From Massalongia carnosa (Eukaryota), in assembly GCA_965645245.1 (NCBI GenBank), contig OZ287071.1, positions 372,001-436,000 of the forward strand: a stretch of 64,000 nt of DNA, in the 5' to 3' direction. A model generated the notes under the pieces. The model searched no databases. It was not told where the DNA came from and worked only from the letters and a program-made list of their open reading frames with translations. Made by a program: the position numbers and the translations under genes. The number at the start of each line of letters is the position of its first letter. The first letter of the stretch is position 1. Positions 12,324 through 25,500 of this stretch are shown here, piece after piece.

Positions 12324-14842
12324 ATAAGGGACCAAACACTCAGTTTGCTGCAATCGCCTGCCCAACGAAGGATAGCGATGGGATGGTAACATGAGTTGCT
12401 TACATCGAAGATATGGTATGATCCCCTTGCTCCACCAGCATACCCATTGGCTAATCATCTATTGGAGACCTTCTCAAACACGAAACAAGTTGATATCTTG
12501 CAAAATGAGTCGCGGACCCTCAAGTGATGCCCAACCAATCCATACACGGTCATCAGATACATCCACGCCGAGCCGGAGACCCGCTTGCGCGGAAAGGTTG
12601 ACGCAAGCAGACCAGAAATGCGTCGTTGGGCAAGCGCCCAACTAACTTGGCACCGAGACAATGCCGACGTTTGCATGAAGAGAAAAATTGCAATGGCGCA
12701 ACATCCACACCGCCCCCAACGACTTCTTTAGGTCGTTCGAAAGCGAAGGCTGGTGAGCTGCTAATCTAGCGCTGGAGCCAGAAGCACTCACAGTGTGAAT
12801 GACGATCTCAAAAAGAGCTGAACGAGAGTGGAGTAAGCAGCTGCGCTTCGTTGGGCTACTTACTCGGGACCAATTCTGGGCGAATTTGTCATCCAACAAT
12901 GCAACCCATCCCATACCCGTGATATCAGGATCGCAGAATTCCCGCCAAGCCACATCATGAAGGAGCAAGGCTTGATGCAACTCCATACCGGAGTCTCCTT
13001 GATCTCGAAGGAAAAATCTAGCTGACAGTAGTCCTTAATTTACAAATGTCTGTCAACCATGAGCAAACAATGACACTGGGGATGGTAAAGCGGGAGAAGC
13101 AGTACATGCTAGGTACGTACCATCGCACAGACCGAGGTTGAGCTGGGGGCCAGAAAAGTTAAGCTTTCCCTTTCCATTCTTGGCGCATTGGCAAATGGTG
13201 GCGTTTGGGGGAGTTGTGTGAAACCAAACAATACTTAGCGTTGGATAGTAGAGCCAGTAACCTACTCCACAGATAGAGAGCTCGCCACTCTCTCGGCTTT
13301 TTGGTGTAATATCAGATATGTAGTTCGGGCGTACCAATGTACACGAAAGAGTACGATGGCGTAGCTAGCGAGACGGCGGCGGCGTACTCCGTAGATATTC
13401 GGCATTCTCGGAACCCCCGCCGAGTAGTAACTAGCCCTTAGGGTTTTGAAACCCCGACGCCTGTATTTCGCAACCTCGATAGGTGTTCATTTGATACTTT
13501 CAAGACGTGGATGGACGAGGTCTACTCTTGCAATGTAGATTACACCGTTCTTCTCCCTTGTCATCCACTTTGATGTCTCCGAATGTGACCCCAAATACTC
13601 CACACAGAATGAACAAATCTCGACATGACACGTTGCGACTCTGCTGCATATGTCAACCTCCTTCGTCTGTGCTGCAAAACATCCACAGCTAGAGCCTGGG
13701 CACCACTCGTACACAACGCCACCAGGCGCTGAGTGATTTTGCCTGTTTTCCAGATGGTTCATCGAAGGTGGAAAGGTCTGTGGCTCTTAGGCATGCAGGA
13801 CGGAGATAATTGGCTGCGTTCCAGCTCCTGCAACACCTAACGAATGAGCTCATCGCAAGTCTTGTATAGGAGAACCCCCCTTCGCCCGTGCCCAATGGGC
13901 ATTTACCACGCCGTTGCTATGCACTCCTTTGCCATGACCTAAGGATTTTGGAAATCTGTGATACCGATGTCATCTTCGAACGACTCTTCAACCGATTGGG
14001 CGCACCTTTACTCTTCATTCGTACGATGAACAAATTGATTGTTCATCAATCGTCAGCGCAATCCTTTCGGTTAGCTACAGTCATCAATTAGCTGCAGCGA
14101 CCACGTGGGCGCCCCCTTTCCTCTCCACATGGAACCAAGCATGAGCGCAAAGGACTGCAAACTGAGTTCCAAAATGCGATCCGATGCGAGCGCACATCTA
14201 CGGCCCCCCGTGATCTCGTATTAACCGATAAATGCAGGAACGGCCCTGAGCTTAATCTTCGGTCCTGGAGTGGCGATGTGATACGAAAAACCGGAAGAGA
14301 AGCATCAAAGCTAAGGCCAATATGAAACGACTCTGAACTCAGGAGATCGGAGGAAACGATGTCAAATCTAAATCGTCCAAAACTTTTCAATCGGATAGCG
14401 TTGCTACTTGAAACTTTTATTACAGACGTCGTAGAGGATCAAACAACTGGAGCTCATGAGAAAAGCAAAATTTACAGGCCTTCTCACCCCTGGATGAGCG
14501 ATTATCAGCAACTTACGGTCTTACCCTTTCAAGCATTCCCTGTTACACCATTTTACACATTCTGCGCAAACCCATTCTTTGGGAGGGTGTGAAGTCAAAG
14601 GTCGTTAGTTTCCCGCTCAAGATTGCAGTTTCGGCAAGTTTGAAAGTCTAAATCCCTAATGGCCGCTCCGGTCCCAAGGGACATCACGCCCCTTTCTGCT
14701 GGAAGGTTCCTTTGGGCAGTAAAACACGCTGATCACTAGAAGGATTTAAGGAAGATGTGATTGCGCTCAATCTGCAGGCTAAGAGCTCCTCGGGCTCCCT
14801 AAAGCCCCCTAGAGCTCCTTAGAGTAGGGGGATCACGATCAG

Positions 14843-16098
14843 GGTCCATGCCTATCTGAACTCCGTACTCCGTACTTCAATTTCATCGTCATCAGGGCCA
14901 AGAACTCCCACACCGCTAGTGGGAAAGATGTGAAATTTGGACGAAGCTACCAGGATGCAAGGAATTGCCCCGGTCGATCATGTGGACCGCTTTCTTTACT
15001 ACTCCGTATAGGGAAGGCAAAGCGCATCATCCCACCCAGAGCCTTTTTTCAGCCTTGCAATTACTCTCTAAATCTTTCCAACGCGTCACCTAACCTTACA
15101 TACCGGCATGCAATACTACTTACAGTATAGCCTGACCCTTGTCAAATATACCCCAAGGCAAATGCAATCCTCCCTACGGAGTGATAATAATACATCCTAC
15201 ACCCTGAATGGCTTCATCCACTACCGAGTCAAATTTCAACCGCTCCGAACGGCGACCCTCGGGGAGAACTTCTCCCGTTTGATCATAGATGTCAAAGATG
15301 ATTCAACCCATAAATACCCTTCATCTCCCCCTCTCCTCTCCAACTCCAATTCATTACTATCACTTTAATACTCGATAGACCAAGCAAAAACTCCAATCCT
15401 CCCTCATCCTCGCTCCATAGGTCATCATCCGTCTCCTCTTAAACTGTCAGTGCCCGTCCTCGATCTTGATTCTATCCCCGTTCTACTCGGCTCGCCCGCT
15501 CGGTCAGCGAACGACTTCCAGAATGCCTAGCCTTTATCATGGTCCTTCGCAAACCAATTTCCCTCCGTGTCCGGGACCACCCCCAAATCGACCGCTTCCT
15601 CAACTGCCTAAGTGAGGGCACCGTATCATTCCCACTCGGCCATTCAATTTCACTGGATACATCATGTGCTCTAGAGTATCGAGCAGGCCCATCAGGCTCT
15701 TTTGCTATCAGCATCAGCAACTCAAAACGAACCCCCACATTAAAAGCGCTGGTTACATTAGATTGGATAAGACAGTTTCTGGATTTGCTCAGCAACATCA
15801 CGCAGCGATATTCCAAATCCCGCCTTCTACCCTTTATACACTTACCCAATGGCTATACTTGACTGGCCTCGGCGGTTTCGCTTCGCAGCGATCGCAAACT
15901 TGGCTGGATGATGCAATTTCATGCGAAGGATTCAGACACGTCTAGGCGGCACGGACCAGTTAAGCCACGTTCCAAGTCTGTCGACATTCGCATTCGCCTC
16001 CGGGCCTACGGGCCTACGGGCCTCAGCCTTAGGGTTATTGACCGCCGGTGAGACTTGAACGACGGTGGATTTGGCAGTGTCTCAGTTGGGCATGGACC
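14843..16098 (-). ncRNA. Candidate telomerase RNA (TER), template/pseudoknot core; true 5' and 3' ends not determined
   Basis: On the minus strand: template UAACCCUAA (16037-16029), a 7-bp hairpin 3 nt upstream (16066-16060 with 16047-16041), and a long-range helix of 16098-16081 with 14860-14843 (16/18 pairs). It lies in a gap with no credible CDS. Confidence 0.65.
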
Positions 16099-16676
16099 GC
16101 AAAGTTCCGTTGTTTGTCAAAGATATGTTTCATTTCCCCTTGGCTGTTTCAGGCATAACATTCCCCGAATACCCATGTATAAAATACCATTTTTAGCACC
16201 ATCAGCGGGAGGACTCAGGAAATTCGGGACCAGGCCGGTGTCATGTACTTCACGCAGGGAGAAGATTGGCGTCATTTTGAGTATAGATATGAATCTGATA
16301 TCATCGCGCTGCAAGCCTTTCACAGACCAATTAAGCGGAAAAAGATAGACAATCTCGGCTTTTTTCAATCAGATCATGTGCAACCTTGCCCGCGTCCAGA
16401 TCGAAGGCAGTAAGATTTCAGAATGCGATGACATGGCATGTGAATGTGAATGTGAAGAAACTCTCCCGTTTCAGCCCGATACCAGACATACTATTCGTCA
16501 CTATGCTCGTATCGTCGTTATGCGCTTCAACAATTGTCAAATCAGTGGCTGAAAACCGCATACGGAGTTTCCCGTAAACTAGGTAAAAGACGGGATTTAC
16601 CGGGCTCGCCGAGATACATTTTTCCTGTGACTTCGTCTAATCCGTTCAGTACGAGCTCAGTCGCGAATCACGAACC

Positions 16677-16727
16677 ACGACTCCCCCGACTCCCCCGACT
16701 CCCCCAACTCCCCCAACTCACCACTCA
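16677..16727. repeat. 9-bp tandem repeat (CGACTCCCC/CAACTCCCC), about 5 copies
   Basis: Seen directly, just upstream of the SAM37 start. Confidence 0.8.
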
Positions 16728-16855
16728 AATTACTGCTGGAGTTACTGCCATTGAAGCTTAACCCTGTGCTCAACTCACATCACTAGGATGTTATGCCGTT
16801 GATATGATTGAGTCATTCCGTACGCAAGCGGTAAACCCGGCATGAATTGCCCACA

Positions 16856-18384
16856 ATGGTACTAGAGCTTCACATCTGGGGTCCGGCCTGCGGGTTAGCA
16901 TCCATCGATCCTCAATGCCTTGCCACGGTTGCCTACCTGAGCCAAGCCATCTCTCGTGATAAATGGGCTCTAGTGGCGTGCTCGGATGCTACGGTGAGCT
17001 CAACAAGTTCGTGAGGCTCCGTTCCTATCAGCTTTTCCTCCAGGGTTACCTTCAACGCTGTGGTTAGGATTCTGATAACTGATGATGGACCGGTGACACA
17101 GAGGAGCTGCCGGCGTTACGTGATGGTACACAGTGGATAGGCGGGTTTCATAACATTGTAAACCACCTCCGGAAGAGATCCTTCCTCGTGGTGGATCGAG
17201 GGGACGAAGAAGAAATAGCAGACATCACCGCGTATATACCTCTCCTTGAATATCGATGGTGACCTCGCTTGGTGACTGATATTGAATCTAGATATTCGGC
17301 CTTCGTCGAATCCCGCGGTCTGCCTTTGCTCGATTTAAGTTTATATGTATCGAGCGAAAACTACTATGCATCCACGCGCCCGGCTTGGGCAGGCCTTCTC
17401 CGTTGGCCATATAAATGGCTTCTTCCTTCTCAACGTCGCGCAATCGCCAAACGTCGGACCCAACACCTGAGTCTTTCCGCTTTAGATCTCGACAGCAACA
17501 GCGAAGAGCAGAACCCCCGCTTGTCTGCCGCGGATTTAATACCTGTTTCTTTGCGTAGTTCTCGTCAAACGGTATCATCTCTCCTGAACCAACCACAGCA
17601 CACATCTCGTTTTCGTCTCGAAGCGCTGGCAGACTCCTTCTTAGAACCCCTTCAACAGCTCCTGGGCGAGAAGCGATACATGATCGCCAAGGATGGGGTG
17701 TCAAGTCTCGATTGCTTGACGTTTGCTTATCTGGCTCTCGCATTGCTTCCTGACGTACCGCAGCCTTGGTTAGCTAACCTGATGGAAGCCCGTTATCCAA
17801 CTTTGTGTGTATTTGTCAGGGATCTAAATCAGACATTCTTCGGGGGACCGATTGATCCTAAGGACGTATTTCCATCCTTGCAGCTTGACGAAGCCAAGGA
17901 TTTAGATGGAGATCATCTAAAGAATAAGAAAGGCGGAAAGTCACTGCAGTGGATGGCGCCGCAGAAGGGTAGGTTGACGTCGGCAGCTTCAGCCGTGGTG
18001 GAGAGTATAATCCATCCAATACCGATATTAGGCCATCTTTACAGCCCGAGGGTTCTCAGGCAAGAAAGCTTGCAGACAGGTGCGACTGAGGCAAATCCAT
18101 CAGAAGTCGCGAGTCCGCCAGGAGAGTCGAGTAATATTCCGGCCATCCTTGCAATCAGTGCCAGTCTAGTAGGTCTAGGTGGCTATCTTCTTCGAGCGGG
18201 AATTATCGGCTTTTCTCGTGAGGATGAAACACAGACCTTGTCCAATATGGGAGAAATAGGATCAATGCTTTCTCAGGTGGATTTTAGAAACTACGATTCT
18301 TCTCTATCCGCTGGGGGGGTAAGAGATGGTAAGGTTTCAGTCGCGGAAACCGCAGTCACACTCGGAGAAGTGGGGAAGGCTTAA
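16856..18384 (+). CDS. SAM37: Sam37/Tom37 metaxin-family mitochondrial outer membrane SAM complex subunit
   Basis: Starts MVLELHIWGPACGLASIDPQCLA. Introns 17007-17101 and 17232-17291 restore ELPAL..G and LPLLDLSLYVSSENY. The GST-C-like SSLDCLTFAYLAL and a C-terminal hydrophobic anchor follow. Confidence 0.85.
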
Positions 18385-19978
18385 AATCAATGATACTGAA
18401 AAATCTCCCTTCTTTCTGAGCTTCCACGGGCCAAAGATATCTTGAAGGTGAAAGCCCCATTTACACGGTTTTCAATCCTAGTTCAGAACAGAATACGTTG
18501 AAGGACGAGTTCTCATCAATAACTAGACTTCTGTATTGTACCTAGTAGAGATTAATGTCTTATCACAGTCGACTCTTGTTATATATCTCATTAGAGAGGA
18601 CTAGCCTCTCGTTTCTTAGTAGAGTAAACTTCGCATCATCGTCTCATTTCGTTGTCTGCTAAAAACTCAACAGGTCTATGTTCCAGGTAGTTCAAATTTC
18701 TTACAATCTTCTCTATGCTGGTTGCGCCAACGGCGTCTTTCCACAACGATTACTCTTTGTGGGGGCAGATGGAGAACATCACCCTTCGTGCTGAGTGCAT
18801 TTTTTACAAGAGCACTAGACTCTCTTTGGAGTGATTTAAGCTAGATGTTACTTCTTCAAGTGTCGATTTGCAATCCCCCTTGAAGAGAATGCCCAAAGAC
18901 TATACTTTCTCTTGTCATGATGATAGCGTTAGCTTTTCTGTTATCCCTATAACCCCCGTGTTTCCCTTTCGTTTTCGCTCACATTTGAATCATGCAGATC
19001 CTAAAACCCATCGTTAGCGCTAACGTGCATGTTCGGCGGATGAATGCAAAGAATGGGAAAGTCGAGTTTTGAGTTTTTTTTCGTCTTTACTATCCCTCCC
19101 CCCCCCCCCCCCTAAAAGTCCCTTTCTCTCTCTTTCCCGTCGCGCAGATCGAATGGATGGGAAGAGGACCGGAGTGAGGTGTTGGATGGACGACCGAATC
19201 GCTGAATCATCGAATCACCAAAGCACCTTGTACACTCATCGTGTGTCAACACAACACCATGAAGAAAGACATCTGCTTGAGCAGCTAACCAGACGTGCTC
19301 CTATACGAACGAACGACTAAACGAGCAGTAGAGATCTCCCCTTGGAAATTATCAAAATCCGAACGGTTTCCCCCAAGGTAACCAGGCGGATTGACACTGT
19401 TGTAGGGAGGAGCGTAAGGTCTTACTGTATGTACCATACCCGATCTTGACCAAGGTGGGTATGTATGTATTGCAATCCTCGCCAGCCCGGTTTGGCACAT
19501 TAACCCCATCTCCAAGCGGGCAAAACTCCCCTGTCATGTATGTATATGTATGAATAGATGTATGTATGGATGTCCGGGGGACTGGTCCATTCTCGTAAGG
19601 GAGCTACTGGGTGATAATTCAAGCTTGCTTGATATTTGCATACTCTGTGGCTAACGATACTTGTATTATATTGGTAGGTGCAATGTGCGTCAAACAGAAG
19701 ATACATGAAGGTAAGATAGATAGGTGATTGGGGAAGAAAAAGCAAAATTGGTCAAATAAAGTCAACTTCGACTTTCAAGTTGTTGTACAAGCCGGCTTCC
19801 GAGATAGGGTTGAGAGGTCGCTCCTCTGAGCTATCTCAAACGCTAGCTTCAATTTTTAGATGCTGGACGTCTCGCTGAGCGCGGGGATATCTTCTCGATC
19901 TGTAGAACAATCCTGCCAGTCGACCCAGGGGACTACAAGCATCATTCGCCCTTTCTTTAATATCACTCTCGCCCAACA

Positions 19979-21288
19979 TCAAGCCCATTTACCCAGGAGA
20001 GCCATCAAGCCTAGATTGATCAAGTATCAGTATCTGCCGCCCCGGCTCGCCTGTAACAGGATGCAAGTAAAAAGGTTCATACCAGCACCCAAACACATCA
20101 TGGCAAATGCACTTAATACCGCCCTCAAACTAGCTTTCCGCATCACAGCGCTAAACATGAACTCATGCGCCATCAACTCCACCAGCCCTGTGTAGATCAA
20201 AATGCCAGCGCTAATGGAATCAAAGACGCCGTTGACGATGAGAGCAGTCTGTGATCCTGGAGCATACGCGTTACGCACGCCGAGTCCAACAGCTATAGCG
20301 GTAGGAGTTGAGAAACCGTAAAGTGTTGCAAAAACGTAAGGCGTCCAACGCTTGGATCTAGACCACGGGGTAGCAGCCAACCGAGAGCCTAATCCTAATC
20401 CCTCAAAGGTTTGATGGAAGGCGAGGACTGCATACAGAGTCGTAAACTCCTCTCCTGCAACCGCAAGGGTGAGTCCAACGAAGATGGAATGAAACACGAC
20501 ACCAAATTCGAGGATGAATATAGCTGTCATCTGCGCGACATAATCTTCCGCTAGTTGGCTCTTATCATCCAGGTCATACTCCACGTGATCGCGGGAGTGG
20601 CTGAGATGATCTTCTCCTGGTGTATGGCCCCGGTTTGAGGGGTGTGATAGCTTGCGGGATGGTAGCGCATCTTGATCATTATCTCCGTGGTCATGGCTGA
20701 AAGTGGAGGAACGCATCGCCATGAGCTCGATGAAGAAGAGGACAAAAATCGTAAGAAGTACTATGCCCTGAACCCAGTCATATTCCGTTATTGAGCCGGT
20801 TAAGCAAGGGTTTTTGAGAGCATCGTTGGCCGGCCCCAGAAGCTAATAATGTTAGGGATGAGCCTCTTAACCTTTAAGACCTATGTTACGGCAAGCAAAT
20901 AAGTAAATTTAGAGAGGACTTATCTGCACATACATGGATAAAGGCTGTGGCAATGATGACACCAGACCCAAAATATTTAACAGCAAAAAAAGCCCATTGT
21001 GGAACCCCGATACCTTTGTGTCTGTTCGCAAAAACCGGAAACCATGCACCTGTATTCTGGTATGAGTAAATCCAACGCTTCTGCATACGCTTAAAACTGC
21101 TTACCAACCCATGAACCAACTAGGATGACGAATATCGCAGAGACACGGAGCCCAAGCCTACCGTCAAAGCCATTCCTGGAAGAGCAGCTCTGGACCACTG
21201 ATGCCACAGCTGATGTTGCTGTGGCTGCAACAGCCGATGGCGCCTGTCGGGCCACAACATGGAAGACTTTCTCTACGCTCGACATCAT
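19979..21288 (-). CDS. ZIP-family zinc transporter (Zrt1/Zrt2, ZrfB-like), 4 exons
   Basis: LRVSAIFVIL, KYFGSGVIIATAFIH, a His-rich loop, LEFGVVFHSIFVGL, FHQTFEGLGLG, SAGILIYTGLVEL and the terminal LMALLGKWA*. Confidence 0.93.
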
Positions 21289-21669
21289 CAATCCAGCGTC
21301 GAGAAAGTTTGAGAAAAAGAAAAAGAAGAGAAAAAGCGCAGGTGGTGCGGTGGTGACTCAAAAAGACAGTGGAGCGTAAATGTTGATATGCAAGCATGTG
21401 GTAAAGCTTGAAGGAGTAAGTGAAATACTCTAAGCCTTCCTACTAGCATCATTCCTCTCAGAACACGTAATAGTTCTTCAGGAATGAGGTTGATAGTTGG
21501 TTAAAGCCCCAGGATGGATCTCCATCAGTCGAAGAATGAAACAAAAAGAAAGGGGAAGAAGAGGAAAAGGGACAGGGAGAGTCAATTGATAATGCCAGTC
21601 AGGGATATTTTTAATTTAGAGCCAGCTAGCCATGATCTGTGGATTGCACACTTTTCTCAAAAAAGGCGC

Positions 21670-22367
21670 ACCTTGATGGGTCGCTAAACCTTACAGTCTG
21701 CCCAAAGCCGTCCTTTAGCGCGTATTAGCCTCCAAGCCATCATCCTTTTGGGAGAGAGCGCTTTCCGCTTGCATCGTCTTCACACCAAACTGCATGCTTA
21801 TCGGCTTGAGGATCGTCAAGGTATGTGGTGTGTGTGAGGTGTGAGGCGTGAGGCGTGAGATGTGTGCGCGTGTGTGTGTGTCTGTGTGGTACAGAGTACT
21901 TTAGAGGTAGATGCTTTGCAATAATTCATTCCGATGATTTTTTTAGTTTTCCGCTGCAAGGCCGTTGGAACGGAAGAAAGCTTTCCCCGATGCAGGTCAT
22001 CTCTTAGCTCAACATGGTTAGTGTATCGCAGCGGACTAACGATTACCCTTCATATTCTTGTGGACAAATCCCAGGGAATGTAGGACGATAGAGCATACTC
22101 CGTTCTCTTTTGTATGCATCCCAAGATTATGACGCCGTGATTGCCATTTATGTACGTAAACAACAGTCAGAAAGTGAAAACCCGACCCCTTAGGATACAG
22201 CCATTCCTCATTTCACTTATATTCATCATGACGAGAACGCTTCTCTATCATGCGGTATGTACCTCCAAACCTTCAAAAGCGTCTTCACACGTTCGGGGTC
22301 GTAGCATCCGCCCATCTGCTTGCGATATGTAAAAGACGAGCCGTCGATTGCAAGGGTGAATCAAGGT
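21670..22367. promoter_or_regulatory. Putative ZafA/Zap1 zinc-responsive CAAGGT sites upstream of the ZIP gene
   Basis: ACCTTG at 21670-21675, CAAGGT at 21817-21822 and CAAGGT at 22362-22367. Confidence 0.45.
21826..21888. repeat. (TG)n / GTGAGGC compound microsatellite
   Basis: Seen directly. Confidence 0.8.
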
Positions 22368-22395
22368 GTTCTTGCAGTCAATTTTCTTTTTTAGG

Positions 22396-22575
22396 GGAGG
22401 GGAAAAGACTTCCATCTGAAGGGTGTGGTCATTCTAAAATGAATGGGCTTTGTCATGAGATGGAAGGCTTTCCCTGAGGGAGGTGTTCGTTTCGAAATGA
22501 AGGGGCTTTTTCGATGAGGTGGAAGGCTTCCGCCCGAGGGGTGTGATTATTTTGGAATGAGTGAGGTTTATATGC
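22396..22575. repeat. Degenerate 58-60 bp tandem repeat, about 3 units
   Basis: Recurring GA(A/G)GG..TG...AATGA..GGGCTTT...ATGAG.TGGAAGGCTT blocks. Confidence 0.6.
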
Positions 22576-25500
22576 TTTCGTGTTGACGACTGATCAATAG
22601 GGACGTTGATCAATCGATTGGCCATCAAAATGGGCTTCCGCGTTGGCGATGATCAGATAATGACCACCTCCAAGGAGATGTTGATAGCCCGCACCATATA
22701 AAGGTCTATGATCCAGCAGACCGAGAGCCTATTCTGAATAGCACATATACATCAAATATCAGACATAACCTAACGGGGGTTCCTTCGCTCTCGTAATGGG
22801 ATTTTACGAGTGCATCTCGATCATTTCAAAAACCGCTAGCTTGAAACGAAGACATGAAAATATCTGCGATCCGTTACGCAGGGCGTTTAGTAGTATGATT
22901 CCAATTGGACTCGTGTGTAACAGGAACATAAAGCAGAGGAAAATGACCAATAGTGTCGTATCGAAAGGATCATTGTTGTTTCTCTATGATGACTAAAGCG
23001 GCTAGAAAGGCATTCCTCTCTCAGGATCATATAGGGCAGGTGAGGGGATCGCTTGGAGAAAGGCGTCATCCAAAACCGCCGGTCACGCCTGATAACACAA
23101 CAAATATAGCCTACTAGGACTTCGCGCACAAATATATGGGGGTTTGACAGTATGAGCTTGTTAGACCGAGGGTGTGGAGGTGGGGTGTTTCTGACAATCA
23201 CTGCACTTAGCACAGCCTCGCCCCCACCGAGTCGATGTCAAGCTTGAGGGGGATATTCTTCATCGAAGAGATCAAGAAGATTTTGGATGCTTCGGAGCTA
23301 AAAATAGCGTCGTCGGTGGGACAACCTTCCAGTCTCAGGTAGGCAGGCTTTCGGAATTCAAGTCCGGAGAAGAAAATGCATAAGGCAGCAACGAAAGGGT
23401 ATGATGCTAGAAACTCAAATACCAACGGTATTACTGCAGCATCTCACATTATTGTGTCGCTAGGCTCTCAAAAGGAGTTTCATGGTTAATGCCGGATTCA
23501 CTTATTTATAAATACAATGCTTCTTGAAAGCATCCCTGTAAATTTTCGTTCTTACAGAACTTCCATCAGAATCTTTTGCCAATCGGAGAATTTCTTGGGA
23601 AAAGCGTCTATGCATAAATCCTTTCTCGAGACTTGACATTGCAATAGTTTTTCCGTGTGCCACGCGTCAATCAGCACGTGGTCATGGGACATACAAGAAG
23701 AAAGTTGCTGTGCAAACAGCGCTATGGCCCCCGGGTGAAAACGGTATCAGTATAGCAGAAACCTTTACACTTGTAAGATCATCGAGGTCCTATTTTGGCT
23801 GTCACATACGCATAGGGTTCGCTTATACTCTAGAGTATTAGGAAAAGGTCCTTGAGCGAAAGCGCATGTGGAAAGTGTCAATGGTCGAGAAATTTAATAG
23901 GTATCTGAATGACTAATGGTCCTTTTGTATTTCGAACTCGGGATTAAGCTAAAAAAAAGTGGATATAGGTAGGCGAGTTTCATTTGGCTACAAAGTAAGT
24001 GAGAAGACAAAAATGAGAGGTTAAACTGGAAAGTCAAAGAGGTCCAGTGAGAGGTTAAGACGCTAAATGAGAGGATGAAGGAAGAAAATGCAGACTGAAA
24101 ATAAAAAACTGTTATACCGATAGATAGAGAGGTACACTGTGGTAATTTAATTTACGTTACTAAATCACAGTGCGAAAGGACCGATGATCATTCGTCTTCT
24201 TAGCTCTTCAGGGTATGGAAGTCTTTTGTTTTACTTTGGAAATCGCCTTGAACGAGGAGGATCTGAATACCTTGCGGTTAATGGAGAGATCTCTCATCTT
24301 CATAGCCGGAAGAAATTATAACAGGAACACCATGCTTGCCAAGACCATAAGAATAGCCCCTGCAAACGTTAAGGGAGCGAGGGGCTCTCCTGAGAAGAAA
24401 CAGTCCGAGCTTCTGCCGATGCTATTCGCGAATCTCGATTGCCCTACCAGCCTCCCTCTCAAAGACAACAGGGTGAAACAGATTCTTTGGCTGCGTTTGT
24501 GGATGGCATTTTCCGGAAAGAACCCCAATTCAGTACGGCTCCCGTTGATTTGCCAAGAACTGATTACGCCACGACGGGGTCTAGATTTGTCGATGCTTAA
24601 TGTAAAATGGGTTGTCGCTTGAGACAGAAATTATTGTTGTTATTACCGAGTCATTGGCTGGTCCTGACTTGGATCATAAGACTTGATCTGTTGAAAATGT
24701 ATTTCCCCTTTCTTAAAATATCCTTTTCGTTGGGGGGGAGATATCTTGACAACGATGAGTTGACGATAGCGTATGAAAGACTGTCGGGCAGTGCTTTCAC
24801 CAAATCTCCAGTCTAGCAGGCATGGAGCGCCACCGGGTTTTTCTCCCCATGCACCCCAAGCTATTTGATGGCTGACGTCAAGCCCATAAGGCTGAATCTT
24901 GTACCTGTCCACCAGCATCAGCGAGTATGAAACTTCCAAAATTAGGCAGGGAAGCCACGGGAGATGAGCAGGATCAATAAGGTCACGAAGGTACCCATGC
25001 GCTAACTAGTGCGTCGGGGCTACAGGGTACTATTAATACGGTGAAGGAAAAGTGAGGAAAGTCAAGTGCTGACAAGTTCGATGACCGTCGTTCTGCAAGC
25101 AGAGTTGTGGGCCAATGCGCTTCGAGAGCGCTTCCAAGCGAAGATTCTGCCTTGGGGTCGACGCTCAGCCCTAGAACTTTAACCGATGTCAAACACTCGA
25201 AAAAGCTCTGCACTTTTGGTGTTCATAACCTTAAATAGGGCTCCATGCTTGGCATGTTTGGGTGACGGAATCGGTCATTCGTCGAGTCACGAATGGAGTT
25301 GTGGAATAACCATAGTGGCTAGTTAGGCAGAAGGTACAGAGCAGAGTAGGTAACTAGAATGGAGCCATTAGACTGAAGGGAGCCGTACTGTGTTTCCGAG
25401 GAGGTACCTAGGAAAAGTAACAACGGTCCACGTAGAGAAACACTAAGAAGCGCCTGTGTGCTTTCTTCCCTCGCTTGCTCTCTTGGCCCCGGACCGTCGT

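Noticed and set aside
13434..13456. Second telomere-like stretch (AACCCTAA on the minus strand)
   Set aside because: It is only 8 nt, is buried in a local GGGTTT/AAACCC hairpin, and has no boundary hairpin or enclosing helix.
13878..13900. TGCC-CATTG-GGCA hairpin as the TER P6.1 element
   Set aside because: The loop does not match the expected U/G positions and I could not build a convincing three-way junction.
12391..16400. Many short ORFs (60-125 aa) in the gap
   Set aside because: They have no recognisable domains or consistent splice structure and are better explained as noncoding sequence.
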